Of a stretch of 24,000 bases of DNA, positions 1-6,059 are shown piece after piece. The position numbers and the translations under genes were made by a program. The stretch lies in the NCBI GenBank assembly GCA_963799465.1, contig CAWCXG010000001.1, positions 1,214,001 through 1,238,000 of the forward strand, given 5' to 3'. Positions within the stretch are counted from its first letter, which is position 1. Each line of letters starts with the position of its first letter. The notes under the pieces are model-generated. The model was not told where the DNA came from. It made no database searches and saw only the letters and a list, made by a program, of their open reading frames with translations. Source of the DNA: an uncultured Phycisphaeraceae bacterium. GTDB taxonomy: Bacteria; Planctomycetota; Phycisphaerae; Phycisphaerales; Phycisphaeraceae.

Positions 1-262
1 CGCGTGCGGCCGTCGCCCGGGCCGCCCGACGCATCACCCGCACCCGCTGCCCCCGCTGCGACTATGACCATCAAGGCCACCCCCAGACCCGCCGATGCTC
101 CGAATGCGGAGCCGCCAACCCGGCTCGACATCAGCACTCTGCCTCATCAACGCGGGGCAGGCGATTGGTTTGAAGCGAGTCCTGTCAATCCACTGGCAAC
201 ACGAAACCCACCGCAAGGAGCAACGACGCGCGATCGCCGTGGATGGGTGTGCGGCGAAAAAG

Positions 263-335
263 TACCCCGTACGAGATTTGAACTCGTGTCGCCGCCGTGA
301 GAGGGCGGTGTCCTAGGCCACTAGACGAACGGGGC
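263..335 (-). tRNA. tRNA-Glu (anticodon CUC)
   Basis: The reverse complement folds as a 73-nt cloverleaf. Acceptor stem is GCCCCGT/ACGGGGT (terminal pair G1-U72), D arm GTCT/GGAC, anticodon stem CCGCC/GGCGG with loop CTCTCAC (CUC), T arm ACGAG-TTCAAAT-CTCGT, discriminator A. The body closely resembles E. coli tRNA-Glu. CCA is not encoded. Confidence 0.9.
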
Positions 336-368
336 AGGTGGGCGGCAATCGACGCTGCCGGACCGAGG

Positions 369-397
369 AGTGTACCGGGGCCAGTCCGGCGGTTCAA
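369..397 (-). promoter_or_regulatory. candidate sigma70-type promoter for tRNA-Glu (TTGAAC-17 nt-TACACT)
   Basis: On the minus strand, TTGAAC lies at 397..392, followed by a 17-nt spacer and TACACT at 374..369. This is about 27-34 nt upstream of the tRNA 5' end at 335. The same -10 hexamer occurs in the divergent rplU candidate promoter. Confidence 0.35.
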
Positions 398-589
398 GGC
401 GCAAAGGTTCTCAAGGCAGAGCCATCGCATTCTCTGGTCAACCTTGCCGACGATATCTCTGGATGAGACTCCACCTTCGAAGCCCACCGTCTCTGGCGGT
501 GAGCCCCAGCCCTGGGTTCTCAAGCGTCTTCATCGCTTTTGGCCTGATACAGCTCATCGTCGGCTGCTTGACCTGTTCCAACACCGGGC

Positions 590-618
590 TTGGAGGTTGG
601 ACCTGCGCTTGCTACACT
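590..618 (+). promoter_or_regulatory. candidate sigma70-type promoter for rplU (TTGGAG-17 nt-TACACT)
   Basis: TTGGAG at 590-595, a 17-nt spacer, then TACACT at 613-618. This would give a ~118-nt leader containing the hairpin GGCTCGC(623-629)...GCGAGCC before the AGGAAG Shine-Dalgarno-like site at 730-735. Confidence 0.25.
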
Positions 619-742
619 GTGCGGCTCGCTGTCGCGAACCGGCAGCCGGTGTGGCGAGCCTCGTCTCACCCAACTCATTATTCCCTGCACCCTTTTTGGC
701 TCCGGCAGCTTGCACTGCCCCTCATCCTCAGGAAGATTTCAG

Positions 743-1063
743 ATGTACGCGATCATCGAAGACAGTGGCACGCAGATCAAAGTCGCTCCAGGCGACACGA
801 TAAACGTCGCGACCCGCGATTTGGACGATGAGTCCGTATCGCTCACGTTTGATCGGGTGCTGTACGTCGGCGGCGCCGAAGATGCTGAGCCCCGCATCGG
901 CCAACCCATGCTCGAAGGTGTCACAGTCGAAGCGGACATCCTCGAGGAAGGCCGAACCGACAAGGTCGATGTCGTCAAGTTCAAACGTCGTAAGGGTTAT
1001 CACCGCAAGCGTGGCCATCGACAGGACTACGTGAGCGTTCGCGTGACCGCCATCAACGGCTGA
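743..1063 (+). CDS. rplU: 50S ribosomal protein L21
   Basis: ATG at 743 is preceded by AGGAAG. The product MYAIIEDSGTQIKVAPGD...VKFKRRKGYHRKRGHRQDYVSVRVTAING is a typical L21 of 106 aa. The upstream part of the 590..1063 ORF is not L21-like. Confidence 0.95.
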   Translation: MYAIIEDSGTQIKVAPGDTINVATRDLDDESVSLTFDRVLYVGGAEDAEPRIGQPMLEGVTVEADILEEGRTDKVDVVKFKRRKGYHRKRGHRQDYVSVRVTAING

Positions 1064-1130
1064 CCCGCATCGCATTCGCACCATCCCGGGTCGCTTAAAG
1101 CAGCGGGCGTGAGTTCTGTCAGTGCCACAT

Positions 1131-1192
1131 GCGTCTGGCCTGTGCTGTCGCGTCGCGACAGGTGGCTTGAGTCGTCAACACAGGCCAGACGC
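1131..1192. terminator. nested GC-rich hairpin between convergent genes (possible bidirectional terminator, no U-tract)
   Basis: A perfect 14-bp inverted repeat, GCGTCTGGCCTGTG (1131-1144) / CACAGGCCAGACGC (1179-1192), encloses a second perfect palindrome, CTGTCGCG-T-CGCGACAG (1145-1161). It lies between the rplU stop (1063) and the stop of the minus-strand KS-like gene (1275). Confidence 0.35.
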
Positions 1193-1274
1193 CTGGGCAA
1201 CGCCCCGGCACATCGTCACCCGCGTAGACGAACGGAACGTCACTGCCAACGATTGACCCCTGAGTTGATTGCAT

Positions 1275-2618
1275 TCACACGTCAATGCGTTTGAGCACCA
1301 GCGCCGCCGTCTGACCGCCAAACCCGGGGGCCAGGACCAGCACATGTTCAAGCGTGGCCGCACCATCGGGTTTGGCCTGAAGATGGTCGATGGGACTTTC
1401 CCGGTTCAACGTGGGCGGCAGGGTCTGCTCGGCAAGCGACTTGGCTGCGATGGCCAGGTCAAGCCCTGCCGAGCCAGCCTGCGTGTTGCCCAGCTGAGGT
1501 TTGGTGCTGAGCACCGGCAGCTTTGACAGGCGGTCGCCGAGCAGTCGATGCAGCCCTGCCGCTTCCGACGCATCCATCGGGGCATAGCCACTGCCAAAGG
1601 CAAACACTACGTCGAGCTGGTCCGGCGAGATCGCCGCGTCCCGCAGCGCCGCTCGGGCGGCGAGTTCAATGCTGCGTCCCTCGGGGTCGGGCTCACGGTT
1701 GGCCGACGCACGATGCACCGCCTGCGCCGCTCCAAACCCCACCACCTCGGCATAGGCCGAACGCTCGGACTGCCGGGCGAGAAATGTGTCGCGGGCTTCA
1801 AGAATCAGGATGCCCCCGCCTTCCCCGACGACCGTGCCCGCCGCGTGCTGATCGAAAGGCTTCACGGCTGTGGGTCCAGCGTCGTGGCCTGGGGCGAGTC
1901 GACCGGTGAGCACCTGACGGTAAAACGCCTGGGGGTTGATTTTGCTCTCCGCGCCGCCGCAGAAACAGCAGTCTGCGTCGTCCCGCTGAATCACGCGTAA
2001 GGACTCGCCCACGCTCAGCGCTGCTGAGGCCTCGGCACAGGTAATCGTGTTGGACGGGCCCTGCGCATCATGAATGATGGTGACGTGGCAGGCGAGCATG
2101 TTGGGCAGATACTTAAGCAGCCAAAGCGGCGTGAGCTGCTGCATGCCGGTGTGTCCCCAGGCCTTGAGGTCCAGTTGCGGACCTTGCCCCTCTAAGGCCG
2201 CAGGGATCTGGGCGGTGGCCATCGCGGCGGTGAGTTCATCGAGGTCCGCAGCAATCAGCCCCGAGCCGATGTGGCACCCCACGCGGGGCGAGGGATACGA
2301 AGATTCTGCGTCGCTGGCATCCGAAGAGCCTGGGGTGGTGAGGCGGGCGTCTGCCGCGGCGAGGTCTGCGGCGATCACCGCCAGTTCGATATCCCGGGCC
2401 ATGACTTTGGTGGCCTTGCGGTAGCTCTTGGGCACGTGGTCCCGCAGCTTGTACGCCGGCACTTCACTGGCCAGACCCGACGCCAGGCCCGACGCATCAA
2501 ACGCCTGCACCGGCCCAATCGCCGACGTCCCCGCCAACATCGCAGGCCACAGCGACTCCATGCCCAGTCCCAGCCCACTGATCGGCCCCAAGCCTGTGAT
2601 AACAACGCGTCGTGACAT
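1275..2618 (-). CDS. beta-ketoacyl-ACP synthase-like (thiolase-fold KS family) protein, catalytic residues not conserved
   Basis: KS-type blocks are present: RVVITGLGPISGLG at the N-terminus, GPSNTITCAEAS...DDADCCFCGGAES, VLSTKPQLGNTQAGSAG, and PGFGGQTAALVLK at the C-terminus. I prefer the ATG at 2618 (MSRRVVITG); the ORF can extend to a GTG at 2645. Confidence 0.85.
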   Translation of the reverse strand: MSRRVVITGLGPISGLGLGMESLWPAMLAGTSAIGPVQAFDASGLASGLASEVPAYKLRDHVPKSYRKATKVMARDIELAVIAADLAAADARLTTPGSSDASDAESSYPSPRVGCHIGSGLIAADLDELTAAMATAQIPAALEGQGPQLDLKAWGHTGMQQLTPLWLLKYLPNMLACHVTIIHDAQGPSNTITCAEASAALSVGESLRVIQRDDADCCFCGGAESKINPQAFYRQVLTGRLAPGHDAGPTAVKPFDQHAAGTVVGEGGGILILEARDTFLARQSERSAYAEVVGFGAAQAVHRASANREPDPEGRSIELAARAALRDAAISPDQLDVVFAFGSGYAPMDASEAAGLHRLLGDRLSKLPVLSTKPQLGNTQAGSAGLDLAIAAKSLAEQTLPPTLNRESPIDHLQAKPDGAATLEHVLVLAPGFGGQTAALVLKRIDV

Positions 2619-2657
2619 CCGGGCAGTGTAAGGACAGCCCTTCACCCTGCCCGCCCC

Positions 2658-3557
2658 TCACACACGCCGCGGAAGCGAACCCAGAAACCCAGCGAGCTCT
2701 GCGGTGAACCGCTCGGGGTCCTCGTAATACAGGCAGACGTGACGAGCCCCGGGAAACTCCACGATCGAAGCATTCGCCGCCTGGGCGATGGCCCGGCCGT
2801 CCTCGATGGGGCACACATCATCCGCGTCGCCGTGGAACACCATCAGCGGGCACTGCAAGGCCGCCGCATCTTCCGCCCGGTCAAAATGATCTGCCGTCCC
2901 GAACATCAACTCGCCCGCCAGGATCGACGGGGCACTGAGCAGTCGGCCGGGCAGATGTTGTCGGCGAAGAAAGCCGTCGAGCGGGGTGTGCCGCTCGCGG
3001 TACGGGCACGCCGCCATGACTGCAAGAAATGCGTGGGGATATTTGGCTGCGGTGTGCAACGCGAGCTGAGCGCCCATGGAATAGCCGTAGATCAGCACAG
3101 GCTCCGGGTCGGGGGTGGTGCCGGGGGCGGTGAGTTGGTGGAGCACCGCGAGAATGTCGTCGGGCTCGCGTCGTCCGTAGGTCGGCGTGCGGGCCTGCGC
3201 CTCGCCGTGGCCGGGCAGGTCGAAGGCCACGCAGCGTCGCACGTGCGGGGCCAGAAACTGCGCACGGTGCAGCGTGTCATACCGCCAGTCCCGGTAGCCG
3301 TGAAGGATCAAGGCCGTGGGGCCGTCAGCCAGCTGGCCTTCCACGATCAGGCCCGGCGAGGTCGTGCCGTCCGACAGCGTGAACACCACGTCTTCGCCGG
3401 TGAGTCCAAGGTCACCAGGCTCGGTGACTTCGCCCCGCCCCAACGCCACCGCCATGCTCTTACGTGGAGGCCGCACCAACTGGCGCACGGTCACCGCCAC
3501 GATGCCCAGGGCAATCACCATCAACGCCAACGCCAGCAGGAGGATGGGGCCAATCAA
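2658..3557 (-). CDS. membrane-anchored alpha/beta-fold hydrolase
   Basis: There is an N-terminal TM helix (MIGPILLLALALMVIALGIVAV). Further motifs are the HG oxyanion motif (LILHGYRD), the nucleophile elbow GYSMG, and downstream HGDADD and GARH (Asp/His). The gene is co-oriented with, and directly upstream of, the KS-like gene. Confidence 0.8.
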   Translation of the reverse strand: MIGPILLLALALMVIALGIVAVTVRQLVRPPRKSMAVALGRGEVTEPGDLGLTGEDVVFTLSDGTTSPGLIVEGQLADGPTALILHGYRDWRYDTLHRAQFLAPHVRRCVAFDLPGHGEAQARTPTYGRREPDDILAVLHQLTAPGTTPDPEPVLIYGYSMGAQLALHTAAKYPHAFLAVMAACPYRERHTPLDGFLRRQHLPGRLLSAPSILAGELMFGTADHFDRAEDAAALQCPLMVFHGDADDVCPIEDGRAIAQAANASIVEFPGARHVCLYYEDPERFTAELAGFLGSLPRRV

Positions 3558-3690
3558 GGATGAATCAAAGGCGGATCAAGGGCAAAGGCGTCGCGGGGCA
3601 AAGGGTGAGACGGCAAAGCGTATCGTGTCGTCGGCCAAGGCGGTGGGGCCAGAGCCGGGGCGGTGTACCACAACGCGGTATCCTTGCGGA

Positions 3691-4152
3691 ATGAAGGCAG
3701 AGAACCTTAACGAGGGGGATCGTCGGCTGCTTGACGCCGCCTATGAACAGGCTATGAAAGGTCACCGCGAAGGGGGCATCCCCATCGGCTCGGCGCTGGG
3801 AAGGCCCGACGGCACCGTCCTGAGCGTCGGCCACAACCGCCGGGTTCAGGACCACGACCCCACCGCCCACGCCGAAGTGGACTGCATCCGCCGCGCCGGC
3901 CGACGCAGAGACTGGGGCGAACTCGTCCTTGCCAGCACGCTCAGCCCTTGCGTCATGTGCACCGGGACCTCGCTCCTGCTGAATATCCCACGCATCGTCA
4001 TCGGCGAACACGAAAACTTCATGGGCGCTGAAGACCTCTTCAAGCAACATCACGTCACCCTGGTGCTCGCCGACGATGAGCGGTGCAAAACGCTCATGCG
4101 AACGTTCATCCAGGAGCACCCCGAAGTGTGGTTCGAGGACATCGGCAAGTGA
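3691..4152 (+). CDS. cytosine deaminase, yeast Fcy1-type (CDA/dCMP deaminase zinc-binding fold)
   Basis: ATG at 3691. The protein has HAE and PCVMC zinc motifs. By recollection it is collinear with S. cerevisiae Fcy1 (EGGIPIG, TLSPC-MCTG, IPR-V-GE--NF, DDERCK, and a C-terminal WFEDIGK matching Fcy1 WFEDIGE). The upstream 125 codons of ORF 3316..4152 are antisense to the hydrolase gene and are not deaminase-like. Confidence 0.85.
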   Translation: MKAENLNEGDRRLLDAAYEQAMKGHREGGIPIGSALGRPDGTVLSVGHNRRVQDHDPTAHAEVDCIRRAGRRRDWGELVLASTLSPCVMCTGTSLLLNIPRIVIGEHENFMGAEDLFKQHHVTLVLADDERCKTLMRTFIQEHPEVWFEDIGK

Positions 4153-4967
4153 CCGAATCGAACGCTGAACCTGCAGCAACATCCCACCAAGGCCCCGGCC
4201 CCGGCCCCGGCGTGGTGCTGGTCACTGGCGCAGCCGGAGCGGTCGGCCGAGTGATCGGACCGGCCCTGATACACGCCGGGCACACCGTCCGAGCCATGGA
4301 CCTCCAGCCCACCCCTTGGGCCACCGACGCGATCGTCGGCGACGGCAACGACCCTGACCTCTGGGACCAGGCCCTGCAAAATGTTCGCGTCATCGTTCAC
4401 CTCGCCGCCTGGGCACGCGAAGGCACCGACCTCACAGACCTGCTCGGGCCCAACTATGTCATGCCCCGACGCCTGGTCCAACGCGCTGCCGCAGCCCGAA
4501 CCGTGCAACGGCTGATCCTTGCCTCCACCGTCCAAGTCTACAGCGGGACACGCCCAGCCCTGGATCGGGCAGAATCGCTCGAAGACGTCGCCCCCACCAA
4601 TGACTACGCCTTGTCCAAAGTGTGGCTGGAGCATCTGGGCGAGTGGTCTGCCCGCGCGCACAACTGGTCGGTGCTCGCAGTCCGCATCGGCTGGTTTGTA
4701 CGCGACGCACGTGAAGCAGCAAAGGTCCATGCCTCCCCCGGTGCCCAGGCGTGGAACCTGAGCTGGGACGACGCCGCGCGTTTTTTCGTCACCGCGGTGC
4801 AAGCCCCGCAGCCCCAGCCTGGCCACTTTGCCGTGGTCAACGCGGTGAGCCTCCCACCCCGGGGCGAGAAGCGGTGCAGCAACCTCGGAGTACACGCCAT
4901 TCTGGACTGGAAGGCCCAGGACACCTGGCCCCAAGGCACGCCCGACCACGTGACGCGTCAGGGTTGA
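4149..4967 (+). CDS. NAD(P)-dependent epimerase/dehydratase (extended SDR family)
   Basis: Rossmann motif VVLVTGAAGAVGRVIG and catalytic YALSK (YxxxK) are present. The GTG at 4149 overlaps the deaminase TGA (GTGA, 4149-4152), suggesting translational coupling. The earlier part of ORF 4083.. overlaps the deaminase coding sequence. Confidence 0.8.
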   Translation: MTESNAEPAATSHQGPGPGPGVVLVTGAAGAVGRVIGPALIHAGHTVRAMDLQPTPWATDAIVGDGNDPDLWDQALQNVRVIVHLAAWAREGTDLTDLLGPNYVMPRRLVQRAAAARTVQRLILASTVQVYSGTRPALDRAESLEDVAPTNDYALSKVWLEHLGEWSARAHNWSVLAVRIGWFVRDAREAAKVHASPGAQAWNLSWDDAARFFVTAVQAPQPQPGHFAVVNAVSLPPRGEKRCSNLGVHAILDWKAQDTWPQGTPDHVTRQG

Positions 4968-5001
4968 ACTGCCTGAAACATCGACTTACGCAAGTCCTTT
5001 C

Positions 5002-5029
5002 TTGCTCCTATTCTCTTTTGCTGTAAACT
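5002..5029 (+). promoter_or_regulatory. candidate promoter for PEP-CTERM protein gene (TTGCTC-16 nt-TAAACT)
   Basis: The hexamers lie at 5002-5007 and 5024-5029, in an AT-richer intergenic stretch 50-75 nt upstream of the CDS. Confidence 0.25.
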
Positions 5030-5077
5030 GACAACGCTCTGTCTACCTCCCACTCCATCAAACGATCTGCCCTCGCT

Positions 5078-5869
5078 TTGATGTGCATCACGGCGAGCCA
5101 AACATTTTCAGGTGTTGCTTTAGCCGGGGTCGTGGCTGTGACAGACGTCAATGGCTTTAGCGACCCGGTCGCGGGTCTCATCGATTTTGAAGATCTGTCA
5201 CCCGGTACCCAGGTCACGAACCAATATGACGCCGCTTTGGGCGTTACCTTCTCCGAAGACTTCGGCCCCCCGATTGACCCCACTGCGGACAATCCGGTGC
5301 AAGGGGCCTTTGTGTCCACCTTGGTACCCGCATTATTCCCCCCACAAGGGGAGCCAAGCCGTCCGAACAATACGCAAACACTTTTTAACCGCGACCCAAG
5401 TGTTCAGCCAAACACGCCAGATGCAGGAGTGCCCCCGGTTGCATTCGACATCAGATTTAATAACTCTGTGACCGGAGCCGGTGCCTTTGCGGTTACCCCG
5501 TTTGATGACTTCAAGGTGTTTATCGAGATCTATCGACTCACTGCCCTAGGGTACGTGGTCATCGATCCTTCCCCGGAACTCACTGAGCCCAGTACGGAAG
5601 TTGAGTTTGCTCCCTCGCAGTTTGGGGCCGCCAACACCGTTCCCATGCAGATGGCCAAATTTGTCGGAGTCGAAAGCACCACCCCGTTTGATCGGATCGT
5701 AATTCGTTCCGAAGATCAGGTCGCCACAAACTCCCGCGGTCTCGAAGCGCCATTTTTGCTCATTGACGATTTCACGTTCGCCCGCCCGATTCCCGAGCCT
5801 GGAACGCTGGTGCTGCTTTCAATGGGCGTGGTGATGGGGCTTAGCCGTCGGCGATTCTGCGAGCACTAA
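5078..5869 (+). CDS. PEP-CTERM sorting-domain secreted protein (unknown function)
   Basis: The C-terminus PIPEPGTLVLLSMGVVMGLSRRR carries a PEP motif, a TM helix and an Arg cluster. GC is lower than in neighbouring genes (31 of 60 G+C at 5401-5460). The start is uncertain (TTG 5078 / ATG 5081): the in-frame upstream codons encode IKRSALAL, which would complete a signal peptide but has no canonical start codon. Confidence 0.75.
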   Translation: MMCITASQTFSGVALAGVVAVTDVNGFSDPVAGLIDFEDLSPGTQVTNQYDAALGVTFSEDFGPPIDPTADNPVQGAFVSTLVPALFPPQGEPSRPNNTQTLFNRDPSVQPNTPDAGVPPVAFDIRFNNSVTGAGAFAVTPFDDFKVFIEIYRLTALGYVVIDPSPELTEPSTEVEFAPSQFGAANTVPMQMAKFVGVESTTPFDRIVIRSEDQVATNSRGLEAPFLLIDDFTFARPIPEPGTLVLLSMGVVMGLSRRRFCEH

Positions 5870-5926
5870 AGCCACTCGATTTGCTCGATTCGCAAACTCA
5901 AGGCGGCCCGTGTCGCTCACCCGCCT

Positions 5927-5960
5927 CGCGCCCGTGAGGAAGCGTCCCGGCAGCCTGGTG
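5927..5960 (+). repeat. degenerate third copy of a dispersed intergenic repeat (see 17263 and 19461)
   Basis: CGCGCCCGTGAGGAAGCGTCCCGG matches CGCGACCGTAAGGGAGCGTCCCGG at 19474-19497 at 21 of 24 positions by eye. Weaker similarity continues downstream (..CCTGGTGTGTC vs ..GCTGGATGTC). Confidence 0.3.
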
Positions 5961-6059
5961 TGTCATTCAATCTCGAAACGCTCGCTCCTGGGCACAGCTC
6001 ACGCAGCGCTTCCGATTGGAGCACCTCAATTCCATTCTTTGCTTTGTTTTCCTCGCCGC

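Noticed and set aside
4-300. A 98-aa plus-strand ORF at the window start, open to position 1
   Set aside because: It runs through the minus-strand tRNA-Glu (263-335), is Pro/Ala/Arg-rich as expected for a random GC-rich frame, and has no recognisable motif. I cannot exclude that a real gene ends somewhere before ~260.
336-742. Possible ncRNA or ribosomal-protein leader in the 400-bp gap between tRNA-Glu and rplU (SRP RNA, 6S, L21 leader)
   Set aside because: I could not find the conserved SRP (GGAAGCAGCC), RNase P, tmRNA or Bacillus-type L21-leader signatures. Only a modest hairpin (GGCTCGC at 623-629 / GCGAGCC) and promoter-like hexamers are visible.
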